From Bacteroidaceae bacterium (GTDB lineage Bacteria > Bacteroidota > Bacteroidia > Bacteroidales > Bacteroidaceae), in NCBI GenBank assembly GCA_017617335.1, contig JAFZWK010000034.1, positions 6,774-70,773 on the forward strand: a stretch of 64,000 nt of DNA, given 5' to 3'. The notes beneath the pieces were generated by a model, which searched no databases, was not told the DNA's origin, and worked only from the letters and a program-made list of their open reading frames with translations. A program made the position numbers and the translations under genes. Of this stretch, positions 9,924 through 19,788 are shown one piece after another. How positions within the stretch are numbered: the stretch's first letter is position 1; the number at the start of each line of letters is the position of its first letter.

Positions 9924-12900
9924 TTACCTTACAACGATTTTCCTGCCATCTGTGATATAGATACCCTGAGGAAGGGCAGCCATGTGGAAGAAGGGTGTGC
10001 TCGTTGAAGGTATACGCATACGGCCCATCAAGTCGTAAACGGGAGCAGAATGTGGAATGTCAGGTTCATTCATTGCTTTCACACCCACAGACCCATCTGT
10101 AGTGAAATGATAGGTGCCAGAGCCCAGTGTGAACACCATGCATCCATCCTCGTATCCCACATAGGTAATTCCTTCAGCTTCACGGGCTGGCATACCACTC
10201 TCCATCATTATAACATCCTCGCTTGCAGCAGGAAGTCGCAAGGTGGCAGTGGAATTGGCAGGCACAGTACAATCGTAAACGAGACTGTTCTTGTCAGGCG
10301 CAGACCATGCAGAGGTAATCTCACCGTAACGACTGCGATAGGAGCCACTTGCCGAAGTTATGAGAGACTGCCCCCTGGGAAGAATAGTGCGGCGGTCTGG
10401 CTGAGGCTGTAGAATGAAATGATGGAAACCTGGTTCCTGTTCATCAGCCTCGATACCCAGCATGTAGCGATACATCCATTCTCCCACAGCTCCATAGGCA
10501 TAATGATTGAACGAATTCATGCCAGGATCGCCAAAACCTGACTCGATGGTGTACGAATTCCAACGTTCCCAAATGGTAGTTGCACCCTGATCCACACTGT
10601 AAAGCCATGAGGGACAATTGCGCTGCAAAAGCAAATCATAGGCATATTCGGTCAAGCCGAAACGCGAGAGAGTGGGATTGATGATACCTGTACCCACAAA
10701 TCCAGTATTCAGCATGTATTTATTGTTGCGGATAGCTTGTGCAAGACGAGTCTTGAAAGTGTTCTGTTCAGCATCGCTCGAGAGCAGATTGAACTGAAGA
10801 GCCAGCAAATAGGCGGTCTGCGAAGTCTGGCGAATGGTTGGCGTAATATAACGAGTCCGAAACTCACTGCGAATGTTTTCATAAAGTCTATCGTAAGCTT
10901 TCGCCTTTGTGGCATAGCTGTCATTGTTGGAAGTACTTAGAGCGCGAGCCATCTTGGCCATCAACTGAGCATCGTAGGCATAATAAGCCACACTGACATA
11001 ACGTGTCTCAGTATTGACAAACGAAAGCCAGTCGCCATAGGCCAAACCTGCACCTTGGTATTTGTATCCATCGCCAGTCTGTGTAGCCAACCAGTTCATG
11101 TACTTCTCCATCGAAGTGAAATTCTCGCGCAAGGCTTCTTTGTCTCCATACATTAGATAAATGTTCCAAGGCACTACAATACCTGCATCTGCCCATGCCG
11201 AGTTACCAAAGCCTACCCAATTGTGGGGTGCTACATCAGGATATGCTCCATTGCTGTTTTGTGAATCACGCATGTCCTGCATCCACTTACGATAGAACGA
11301 TTCAGTATCAGCAATGTACATAGCTGTATGAGAGAAAATCTGTGTGTCGGCTGTCCAACCAAGACGTTCGTCACGTTGAGGACAATCGGTAGGTATACTC
11401 AAAAGGTTGCCTCGTTGCCCCCATGTGATATTCGAATAGAGTTGGTTCACTTGAGGATTGCTGGTGGTAAAGGAACCTGTGTCATCCGTACTGGAACTGA
11501 TAGGCTGAGCCTCGATAGAAAGAATCTCCAAATCATCTGAGGGAAGAATCTCGCAATAACGAAAGCCAAAGAATGTCGTACTGGGTTGATATTCCTCGCC
11601 ACCATCCTTACCTGCAAGGGTGTAGTAAAGTTGTGCCTTAGCCGAACGAAGGTTAGCCAGATAAAGTGAGCCACCAGGACCATCATTCCCTCGATTCTTG
11701 TCTCCTGTGTCATTTAACATCTCAGTGAAACGCATACGTAATCGGTTGCCAGTTTTTCCTCGCACTTTGAAACGAGTCCATCCCACAATGTTCTGTCCGA
11801 AGTCCAGAATGACAGCCTGTCCCTTACGAAGTTGAATCTTGTCTGTATTTTGCGTGGATACCACATTGATCATGCCATAAGTGCTACCTGTATTCTTGCT
11901 GCCCTCATAGATGGTTGCTTTTTTAACGGTTTGAACCTTATCACGCAGTTGCAACACATAGCCACCTGTAAAAGCATTTATCTGCCCGTTGAAATCAGTA
12001 TTTTGCTCCACGCCATTCCATTGACTGTCATCATAGGCAGCCGTAGTCCATGCTGACTCAAAACGAGCATCGTAGATTTCACCATCATAAATCTCTCCTG
12101 CTTTCAAAGCTCCGTTCTTCGAAGATTGCCACGTGAGGTCGGTATTGAGCGTTTCTTGTGTGCCATCCTCATAAGTAACCAGCAATTTGGCAATGAAACC
12201 AGGCTGAGGAGAACCATATATCCCATGCATGACAGCTCCTGCCCACCATCCAGATGTTACGATTGCACCAATAACATTGTTGCCCTGAGTGAGTAAAGAT
12301 GTGACATCGTGTGAAGAATAGAAAACACGTGAGCGGTAATCTGTCCAACCAGGCTTCAACTCTTCATAAAGTGTGGAGCCATCATGCTGGACATGTCCTA
12401 CACGCTGTCCATTGATGAACACATCGTAAACACCCAATCCTGAAGTATATAGCTTAGCTGTCCTGATAGCCTTTGTCAGAGCAAATTCTTTGCGGAACAT
12501 GGGTACACCTTCAGTCTGTGATTGCATTACCTTCTTCTCACCTGAACCAGATTGAACATGACACATACGACTACCAGCCATTTCCTCGATGACAGCATCA
12601 TAGAAATATTCGGAAGAAAGATTCTCGAAATCTTCGCTCAAAGCGACAGTACTGTTCCCTTCCTCGTCGTAGGTTGTAAGTGTGAGATTGTCGTAATAGG
12701 CTTCCTCACCACCTCCACTGGTATCGATACGCATACCTATGTCGCCCATAACGGCAGTACCTGATGTGTCATTGAATGTATCCACAAGCAAACCATCCAC
12801 ATAAGTCTTGATGATACCATCTTGTACCTCAATGCGATAATGGTGCAGACTACCAAGGAGCTGAGCCTTGGTGAAACCATCAAATTGGTTGTCGTCGTAA

Positions 12901-14066
12901 GTCAGTTTTCCATTGATATAAACATGACGTCGAACAGCAGGCTTACTGTGATCATGACAGTTGATTTGCCACATGTGATAAGTGTTGGAACCAGTGTGAG
13001 CAAAGATAATGGCAGCACTGGCTTGGACAAGATACATGTCGTAATCAATGGCATAATGTGTATGACCATTACCTGTGAGCGAACGCTGCCAAGCATATAC
13101 GTTTCCTCCTGTAACTCCTACTATACGGAGCTTTCCATTGACAAGGGTACCACCCGTAAAAGTGTTGCTCGAGGAGAAATTTTCAGAGAAGAGAACAGTA
13201 CCATCCGATTTGCGCACCACGATGTCGTCATAGACTCCAATCTCAGGCTGACCGTCCGATTCTCCTTCTGCCTCACGCATACCTACCTTGCCATACTTGA
13301 AGTTACCTGTACGGGTGTCCACAAGAACATTATTAATATATGTGCGGGCACGTGAAGCGTTGGATATTTCAATGCGTAGAGTGAACTCGTCCGTGTTATT
13401 CAATGCCACCTTTCCTGAAAGGTTGACATTAGCTAAGCAAGAAGCATTGCCACCAGTCCATTGATGAGGACGTAGGCGAGAATACGTTCCCTCTGTGTTC
13501 AATTGCCAGAAATAGAAATTCCCTTCGTCCTGCATACCGAAGCAAATACCTGCAGCAGAGTGCTCAATACGTACTTTCGCCTCAATGGTATAATTCTTGA
13601 TTTCTTCCTCCTGTTCACCATTCTTCAGGTTAGATGCCTTTATCCATATAGCAGGGGAAAGTGGATTCTTAGCTGATGACATTAGACCTGTGTCAAAATA
13701 GGCAGTTTCGGTCGAAGTTGCCACGTTACCTTTGTTGTCTTGTACTGTAACGTGCCAAAAATAACGTGTAGATGGTTTCAAAGAAAGTCCACTGGCTTTA
13801 ACACCCACTGATGATGCCGACTGTACGAGTCCAGAGTCCCATACAACAGTTTCACCTTGAGCATCAGAAGTAACAACCAACTGATAAGCTGTCTGTACCA
13901 CGCTACGCTCATTGGATTGCAAGTGCCACGAAAAGAGTGGCGACTTGGAATCCACTCCTTGTGGATTAGGCAATGATTGTACACGAAGATGATTTACATT
14001 CAAAGGCCATACTTGAATGCTGATACATAGTGTCAACAGGAAGAAAAAATACTTCTTCATATTCAT
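9924..14066 (-). CDS. alpha-L-rhamnosidase (GH78) with about 365 aa of inserted concanavalin/LamG-like modules and a T9SS C-terminal sorting domain
   Basis: GH78 hallmarks are present: DCPQRDERLGWTADTQIF, PMFRKEF...LYTSGLGVYDVFINGQRVG, and the N-terminal LRVQSL...PLFSWHL module. The C-terminus is YDLMGRMRI...PQGIYITDGRKIVVR. At 1380 aa it is much longer than the roughly 900 aa I expect for GH78 enzymes. Confidence 0.85.
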   Translation of the reverse strand: MNMKKYFFFLLTLCISIQVWPLNVNHLRVQSLPNPQGVDSKSPLFSWHLQSNERSVVQTAYQLVVTSDAQGETVVWDSGLVQSASSVGVKASGLSLKPSTRYFWHVTVQDNKGNVATSTETAYFDTGLMSSAKNPLSPAIWIKASNLKNGEQEEEIKNYTIEAKVRIEHSAAGICFGMQDEGNFYFWQLNTEGTYSRLRPHQWTGGNASCLANVNLSGKVALNNTDEFTLRIEISNASRARTYINNVLVDTRTGNFKYGKVGMREAEGESDGQPEIGVYDDIVVRKSDGTVLFSENFSSSNTFTGGTLVNGKLRIVGVTGGNVYAWQRSLTGNGHTHYAIDYDMYLVQASAAIIFAHTGSNTYHMWQINCHDHSKPAVRRHVYINGKLTYDDNQFDGFTKAQLLGSLHHYRIEVQDGIIKTYVDGLLVDTFNDTSGTAVMGDIGMRIDTSGGGEEAYYDNLTLTTYDEEGNSTVALSEDFENLSSEYFYDAVIEEMAGSRMCHVQSGSGEKKVMQSQTEGVPMFRKEFALTKAIRTAKLYTSGLGVYDVFINGQRVGHVQHDGSTLYEELKPGWTDYRSRVFYSSHDVTSLLTQGNNVIGAIVTSGWWAGAVMHGIYGSPQPGFIAKLLVTYEDGTQETLNTDLTWQSSKNGALKAGEIYDGEIYDARFESAWTTAAYDDSQWNGVEQNTDFNGQINAFTGGYVLQLRDKVQTVKKATIYEGSKNTGSTYGMINVVSTQNTDKIQLRKGQAVILDFGQNIVGWTRFKVRGKTGNRLRMRFTEMLNDTGDKNRGNDGPGGSLYLANLRSAKAQLYYTLAGKDGGEEYQPSTTFFGFRYCEILPSDDLEILSIEAQPISSSTDDTGSFTTSNPQVNQLYSNITWGQRGNLLSIPTDCPQRDERLGWTADTQIFSHTAMYIADTESFYRKWMQDMRDSQNSNGAYPDVAPHNWVGFGNSAWADAGIVVPWNIYLMYGDKEALRENFTSMEKYMNWLATQTGDGYKYQGAGLAYGDWLSFVNTETRYVSVAYYAYDAQLMAKMARALSTSNNDSYATKAKAYDRLYENIRSEFRTRYITPTIRQTSQTAYLLALQFNLLSSDAEQNTFKTRLAQAIRNNKYMLNTGFVGTGIINPTLSRFGLTEYAYDLLLQRNCPSWLYSVDQGATTIWERWNSYTIESGFGDPGMNSFNHYAYGAVGEWMYRYMLGIEADEQEPGFHHFILQPQPDRRTILPRGQSLITSASGSYRSRYGEITSAWSAPDKNSLVYDCTVPANSTATLRLPAASEDVIMMESGMPAREAEGITYVGYEDGCMVFTLGSGTYHFTTDGSVGVKAMNEPDIPHSAPVYDLMGRMRIPSTSTPFFHMAALPQGIYITDGRKIVVR

Positions 14067-14182
14067 AATTAGATTTCGAGAGTAAAAAACTTATTTCTTA
14101 AGCATTTTCTTATCAACATATTCCAGAGCCCTGTTTGGAACTGAACGATTCATTATCTCCATCATGACTCGTCATATATGTA

Positions 14183-14190
14183 CAAAAATA
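14183..14190 (-). promoter_or_regulatory. -7 promoter box candidate for GH78
   Basis: Minus-strand TATTTTTG, 117 nt upstream of the ATG at 14066. Confidence 0.3.
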
Positions 14191-14300
14191 CTCTATTTTG
14201 CTTACAGACAATTCAGATACCTTGTTTTTTAATGTTTATTAACTATCATGAAACTTAGTAAACTTATCACATGATCACTTACAAATCTCAACATTTAGAA

Positions 14301-15836
14301 TCACTCCACGATAATAAATGTAATAGAATGGGCAGGGATTGCAACAACTGATTCTTTTATCTTCAATTTCCTCTGTTCAGGACGCACATGTTCGTCTCCC
14401 CTATCGTTATAGTCATCTGCTGATCTGCCAGCAAGTACCCATGCAGAGAGTTCTTTGGGCTGACGCTTACCCATTGATGCAAAATCGATTTTCAGATCAA
14501 CAACCTGCTCAGGATCTTTGTTGACCACAGCATAAACATACCGCTTTGATTCTTTGTCACAAGTCAAAACAGCATCAAGTACAGTCGTTTGTTTGTCGCC
14601 ATGAATGAGGGATGTAAAACTTGTCTTTATGGGAATATAATATTTCTCCAGATAGTTAGTATACATAAACAAGGTGTAGAAGGTCGTGCGTCGAGTTAGT
14701 CCATCCTTGTCAACGCGGATTGCTCCACGTGTGTTGGCAATAGGTGAAAAACATGCTATATCCACTATGTCGGAATGACGCAGACAAGCGTTGAGGAAGC
14801 AGGCAGAAAAAAGAGCATCGGCCATCGTATAAGTGGATGCTATATCGTTCTTTCTGCGAGCCTCATAGTCGAAACCACGACGCAAGTCACCATGCCAAGG
14901 ATGGTGCCAATTGCGAAGATTCCACTCATCATAAGCAATCTTTATCTTTCCTCCTCCAAAACCTGCCTGTTCCAAGATGTCTATAGTACGGACAATGTCA
15001 CGTTCAGGTGCATCAGTTTTCATCATACAATCAATGAAAGAAGCAGGATTGTTGACGTGATAAAGAGGATCCCAATAACCATGAATACTAATGTAATCGA
15101 GAGTCCATCCTGCCTCCTTCAACAGTGGTAAACTCCAGTTGGGGTCACTTGTGGCAGCGGCAAAAAGCTTGGCATCCTTTGTCACAGAACGCATCAATTT
15201 GGCACTCTCACGTACCATAGGACCCCATTCTGCAACGGTACGCGCTCCAAGTTCGTGACGCCCCCAGTTCTCATTGCCCACGCTCCAATACTTTACATTA
15301 TAGGGCTCAGGATGTCCATTTTTAGCACGAAGTTTTCCCCACTTGCCAACTGTCAGGTTGCAATACTCCACCCAGTCGCTCATCTCCTCAGGCGTTCCTG
15401 TTCCTGCATTAGTGCATATATATGGCTCACAGCCTACCTTTCGGCACCATTTAACGTACTCATCTGTGCCAAATGTATTTGGGTCTTCAGTCTGCCACGT
15501 TTTGTCGTATACAGCCTGACGCTCATTCCCAACCCCATCCAGCCAATGATAGGTAGATACAAAACATCCTCCTGGCCAACGTACAATGGGTGTCTTGATT
15601 TCCTTCATGGCTTCAATGACATCCGTACGGAAACCATCTTCGTCAGACAACGGATTACCTGGATCAAAGATGCCACCATACACCTGATTATCAAAATGTT
15701 CGATGAACTGACCGAATATCATCGGATTGTACTCGACACGCTTTCCCACTTTATCGATTGCTATACTATTCTCCTGTGCTTGTGCCGCCAAAAGCATCAT
15801 AAGAACTGTAGTCATCATGATCTTTCTTGTTCTCAT
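14301..15836 (-). CDS. alpha-L-arabinofuranosidase (GH51)
   Basis: RWPGGCFVSTYHWLDGVG and YWSVGNENWG (acid/base Glu context) are GH51 signatures. Signal peptide MRTRKIMMTTVLMMLLAAQAQ. The track start at 15845 is TTG; the ATG is at 15836. Confidence 0.85.
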   Translation of the reverse strand: MRTRKIMMTTVLMMLLAAQAQENSIAIDKVGKRVEYNPMIFGQFIEHFDNQVYGGIFDPGNPLSDEDGFRTDVIEAMKEIKTPIVRWPGGCFVSTYHWLDGVGNERQAVYDKTWQTEDPNTFGTDEYVKWCRKVGCEPYICTNAGTGTPEEMSDWVEYCNLTVGKWGKLRAKNGHPEPYNVKYWSVGNENWGRHELGARTVAEWGPMVRESAKLMRSVTKDAKLFAAATSDPNWSLPLLKEAGWTLDYISIHGYWDPLYHVNNPASFIDCMMKTDAPERDIVRTIDILEQAGFGGGKIKIAYDEWNLRNWHHPWHGDLRRGFDYEARRKNDIASTYTMADALFSACFLNACLRHSDIVDIACFSPIANTRGAIRVDKDGLTRRTTFYTLFMYTNYLEKYYIPIKTSFTSLIHGDKQTTVLDAVLTCDKESKRYVYAVVNKDPEQVVDLKIDFASMGKRQPKELSAWVLAGRSADDYNDRGDEHVRPEQRKLKIKESVVAIPAHSITFIIVE

Positions 15837-15876
15837 GTTTTTCAAACATTATTAATTATTATTGGTCTTCTACTTG

Positions 15877-15884
15877 CAAAGTTA
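15877..15884 (-). promoter_or_regulatory. -7 promoter box for GH51
   Basis: Minus-strand TAACTTTG, 41 nt upstream of the ATG at 15836. Confidence 0.45.
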
Positions 15885-16054
15885 CAACTTTTCTTTCAAT
15901 CCACAAAATTTCTTGCAGCCTACTGAACTCTCTTTCTTCAACAAGCACCTGATTATCAGTGGAATACGATTGGAGCTCATTCTCTCGCATATCTTCGCCG
16001 TATGCAACTTTCTTGAATTCTCCCTACTTTTGAAAAAACAAATAGACACGAAAA

Positions 16055-16164
16055 ACACGTTTTTCACCCCTTTTCAACACGTTGATTCCCCCTTTTCAAC
16101 ACGTTGATTCCCTCATTTCAACACGTTGATTCCCTCATTTCAACACGTTCTTCCTTCTCACCCT
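16055..16164 (+). repeat. 22-bp-period tandem array B (5 units)
   Basis: Cores start at 16055 (ACACGTTT), 16077, 16099, 16121 (ACACGTTG) and 16143 (ACACGTTC). The central unit is ACACGTTGATTCCCTCATTTCA. It lies in the divergent GH51/GH29 intergenic region. Confidence 0.9.
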
Positions 16165-16285
16165 TCTCATGGCTTGCTGGGACTTCCCTTCACAGCTCCT
16201 CCTCATCAATGCCATACTGGCTGCAGATCTAATGGACTGACAAAAGATTCTTGTGCAAAAGCCATGAAATAACATTCTTTTTTAT

Positions 16286-16293
16286 TACCTTTG
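16286..16293 (+). promoter_or_regulatory. -7 promoter box for the GH29/L-galactose operon
   Basis: TACCTTTG within TTTATTACCTTTGCC, 35 nt upstream of the ATG at 16328. Confidence 0.5.
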
Positions 16294-16327
16294 CCAACAC
16301 ATTCTAATCCAAAACGCAAAAAAAGAA

Positions 16328-17956
16328 ATGCAGACACGTATGAAAAACGTATTATTGACATTGATTGTAAGTTGCTTTTTCGCGACATCCTTGGCACAAG
16401 AGACCTACAAAATCCCAGTAAGCGAGAAACATGAGAGGATGCAGACGGGAAAATACGAGCCAACATGGCAATCTCTTGAACAGCATCAGACGCCAGAGTG
16501 GTTTCGTGATGCCAAGTTCGGCATTTGGGCTCACTGGGGTGCTCAATGTGTAGAGGGAAGCGGCGACTGGATGGCTCGCGAGATATATATGGAGGGAAAC
16601 AACAAGTCGAACTTCCATCGTGAGCATTACGGTCACCCGTCAGAGTTTGGTTATAAAGATATTCTTCCATTATTTAAAGCCGAGCGTTGGCAACCCGATA
16701 GCCTTGTGGCTCGTTATAAACGTTGTGGAGCGCAATATTTCTTCGTCTTAGGTAATCATCACGACAACTACGACCTTTGGGATTCGCAATACCAACCATG
16801 GAATTCAAAGAACATCGGACCTAAACGTGACATCTTGGCTGAATGGGCCGCAGCTACAAAGAAACAAGGTCTGCCTTTGGGTATCTCGTTTCATGCAGAT
16901 CATGCATGGACGTGGTTCGAACCATCACAGCGCTACGACTTGGAAGGTCCCAAAGCTGGTGCCTACTATGATGGCAATCTTACTAAAGAAGATGGAAAAG
17001 GCAAGTGGTGGGAGGGACTTGATCCTCAGATGCTCTACCAGCAAGACCATCCTATGAGCAAAGGGTCATGGGACAATGGTGCCATTCATGGACAATGGGA
17101 CTGGAGTCATGGAGCCTGTCCTCCATCGCAGGAGTTTGTAACCAATTTCTACGATCGCACACTCGATGCCATCAATCGTTACAATCCTGATCTGATTTAC
17201 TTTGATGTGACTGTGCTGCCATTCTATCCACTAAGTGACTGTGGATTAAAGATAGCCGCTCACCTATACAATAAGAACCCACGCGGTGTGGTCTTTGGAA
17301 AGACTCTGAACGAGGAGCAGAAGAAGGCACTCACGTGGGACGTGGAACGCGGCGCACCCAATGAAATGATAGAGCAACCCTGGCAGACGTGTAACTGCAT
17401 TGGCGACTGGCACTACAACATCAATACTTACAATCATGGATACAGGTCAGCCACAAACATAGTGAAACAATTGGTGGACATTGTCTCAAAGAACGGTAAT
17501 CTGCTGCTGAATATTCCTTTGCGTGCCGATGGTACCTACGATGAAAAGGCTGCTCAATTTCTGGATGAACTGGAAGCTTGGATGAGCGTAAATGGTGAAA
17601 GTATCTTCGGCACACGTCCTTGGGTAAGGTTTGGTGAAGGTCCTGTAGCAGAGAAGGATATCAAAATAAACTCGCAGGGGTTCAATGAGGGGCAATATAA
17701 TGGCATGGACTATCGCGACGTGCGCTTCAACCAGACCCTGAAACACCTCTATGTCACCGCGATGGGCTGGCCAGAAGACGGTCGTCTGGTCATCAAATCG
17801 TTGGCAAAAAAGAATCCTTATTTCAAAAAAAACATTAGCAATGTCCATCTTTTAGGATACGGTAAATTGAAGGCTCGCCAGACATTAGAAGGATTAGAGG
17901 TACAATTGCCTGAACCATGCAACAAGATTGCCCCAGTTTTAAGAATCACGAAATAA
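16328..17956 (+). CDS. GH29 alpha-L-fucosidase-family glycosidase (possibly alpha-L-galactosidase/fucosidase)
   Basis: PEWFRDAKFGIWAHWG is the GH29 N-terminal signature. Signal peptide present. It is the first gene of a tightly packed 4-gene operon. Confidence 0.9.
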   Translation: MQTRMKNVLLTLIVSCFFATSLAQETYKIPVSEKHERMQTGKYEPTWQSLEQHQTPEWFRDAKFGIWAHWGAQCVEGSGDWMAREIYMEGNNKSNFHREHYGHPSEFGYKDILPLFKAERWQPDSLVARYKRCGAQYFFVLGNHHDNYDLWDSQYQPWNSKNIGPKRDILAEWAAATKKQGLPLGISFHADHAWTWFEPSQRYDLEGPKAGAYYDGNLTKEDGKGKWWEGLDPQMLYQQDHPMSKGSWDNGAIHGQWDWSHGACPPSQEFVTNFYDRTLDAINRYNPDLIYFDVTVLPFYPLSDCGLKIAAHLYNKNPRGVVFGKTLNEEQKKALTWDVERGAPNEMIEQPWQTCNCIGDWHYNINTYNHGYRSATNIVKQLVDIVSKNGNLLLNIPLRADGTYDEKAAQFLDELEAWMSVNGESIFGTRPWVRFGEGPVAEKDIKINSQGFNEGQYNGMDYRDVRFNQTLKHLYVTAMGWPEDGRLVIKSLAKKNPYFKKNISNVHLLGYGKLKARQTLEGLEVQLPEPCNKIAPVLRITK

Positions 17957-17965
17957 AAATCATAT

Positions 17966-18913
17966 ATGCGATACATTGAACTAGGTAAGACGGGAATGCG
18001 GATTTCCCATTTGAGTTTTGGCGCTTCGTCGCTGGGCAGCGTTTTTCGAGAAACAAACGAAAAGGAAAGTTTCGAAGCTGTTGAAGCGGCTATCGAGGGA
18101 GGTATCAACTTTATCGACGTGAGTCCATATTATGGTCACTACAAAGCCGAAACAGTTCTGGGAAAAGCACTCAGGAACATTCCGTGCGACAAATATTTCC
18201 TAAGTACAAAGGTAGGACGATATGGAAAGGATGGAGTGAATACGTGGGACTATTCGGCTCGTCGAGTGACGGATAGTGTGTATGAAAGTATGGAACGATT
18301 AGGTATTGACTACATTGACCTGATCAATGTTCACGATATAGAATTTCAGGCCGCTCTACCTGGCGGATTGCAGAAAGTGGTCGACGAGACATTACCTGCT
18401 CTCGTTGAGATGCGTGAAAAAGGTATCGTTGGTCATGTGGGCATCACCGACTTGCAGTTGGAAAACCTTAAATGGGTAGTGGAGCATTGTGAGGCAGGTA
18501 CAGTGGAAAGCATCCTGAATTTCTGTCACTATACGCTCAATGACGATGCATTGCTTGACTATCTGGATTTCTTCGAACAGCGAGGCATTGGAGTAATTAA
18601 TGCATCACCTTTGGCTATGGGACTGCTCAGTCAACGAGGCGTACCTGCTTGGCATCCAGCTCCTAAACCATTGGTCGAGGCTTGTCAGCGTGCTGCTGAG
18701 CATTGTCGTCAGAAGGGATACCAGATAGAGAAACTGGCCGTACAATTCAGCGTGAGCAACGAGCAAATTGTCTCTACCCTATTCTCCTCGGCCAATCCTG
18801 AGAATGTGCGTCATAACATTCAATGGGCAAACGATGAACCAGATTGGGACCTTGTGCATGAGGTAAGGGAAATCATTGGTAATCAACAACGTGTAACATG
18901 GGCAAACTCATAA
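17966..18913 (+). CDS. aldo/keto reductase (candidate L-galactose 1-dehydrogenase)
   Basis: AKR fold motifs are present (GASSLGSVF, INFIDVSPYYG, STKVGRY). It starts 9 nt after the GH29 stop. The functional call rests on operon context. Confidence 0.8.
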   Translation: MRYIELGKTGMRISHLSFGASSLGSVFRETNEKESFEAVEAAIEGGINFIDVSPYYGHYKAETVLGKALRNIPCDKYFLSTKVGRYGKDGVNTWDYSARRVTDSVYESMERLGIDYIDLINVHDIEFQAALPGGLQKVVDETLPALVEMREKGIVGHVGITDLQLENLKWVVEHCEAGTVESILNFCHYTLNDDALLDYLDFFEQRGIGVINASPLAMGLLSQRGVPAWHPAPKPLVEACQRAAEHCRQKGYQIEKLAVQFSVSNEQIVSTLFSSANPENVRHNIQWANDEPDWDLVHEVREIIGNQQRVTWANS

Positions 18914-19788
18914 TTGACACACATTCGCATTTGTGGCTCAAACAGGACACAGAAATTGACGGAAAGCGAATTCTGTCCCTCAAGAATGGGCGAAGCATCT
19001 TTCTCGATGAAGAGGTGCAGATGTTGCCTCCCTTTATGATCGACGGAAAGAATACAGCTGAAGTATTCCTCTCGAACATGAACTACGCCCAGGTGGCTGG
19101 TGCTGTTGTGGTGCAGGAACTGATAGACGGTTGTCAGAATGACTATCTTGCCGATGTGCAACGTCATTATCCTGATCGCTTCTTCTGCATGGGCATGGCT
19201 TGGAACGAAGATGAGGCAAAAAAGGTTATCGAGATGGGATTGAAGGGCATTGCTTTCCCTGGTCATCGTATGCAGCAACCATTGACACAACTGATGCCTG
19301 TATTTAAGTTGATGGAAAAGCATGGCATGGTGCTCTCGATGTGTTTGGGTGATAATGAAAAACAGATAGGAGAGATGCGAGAGGTGATACAGGAATGTCC
19401 CCAACTGCGTGTGGCTATTGGACATTTCGGCATGGTGACTACACCTTCCTTCCGCAGTCAGGTGATGTTGGCTCGTGAGGGCAAGAAGGTCATGATCGAG
19501 TCAGGAGGTATCACATGGCTATTCCATCACGAGTTCTATCCTTATCCCTCTGCCATTCGTGCCATTAAAGAGGCTGCTCATTGGGTGGGAATGGAACGTT
19601 TGATGTGGGGCAGCGACTATCCTCGCACCATCACAGCCATCACGTATCGGATGTCTTACGATTTCGTGAGCAAAAGCAAAGAGTTGAGCGATGACGAGAA
19701 AACTCTTTTTTTAGGCGAAAATGCGCGACTTTTCTACGGCTTTAAGGATTTACCTGAATTACCCTACATAAAAAACATGTCAGAATGA
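18898..19788 (+). CDS. amidohydrolase-2 superfamily lactonase (candidate L-galactono-1,5-lactonase)
   Basis: N-terminal IIDTHSHLW (HxH metal motif) and C-terminal WGSDYP are typical of the amidohydrolase_2 / cog3618 sugar-lactonase group. It overlaps the upstream gene by 16 nt. Confidence 0.75.
   Translation: MGKLIIDTHSHLWLKQDTEIDGKRILSLKNGRSIFLDEEVQMLPPFMIDGKNTAEVFLSNMNYAQVAGAVVVQELIDGCQNDYLADVQRHYPDRFFCMGMAWNEDEAKKVIEMGLKGIAFPGHRMQQPLTQLMPVFKLMEKHGMVLSMCLGDNEKQIGEMREVIQECPQLRVAIGHFGMVTTPSFRSQVMLAREGKKVMIESGGITWLFHHEFYPYPSAIRAIKEAAHWVGMERLMWGSDYPRTITAITYRMSYDFVSKSKELSDDEKTLFLGENARLFYGFKDLPELPYIKNMSE

Noticed and set aside
15255-15926. 223-aa plus-strand ORF opposite the GH51 5' region
   Set aside because: It is antisense to GH51 and runs through the GH51 promoter. 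Its composition is not protein-like.
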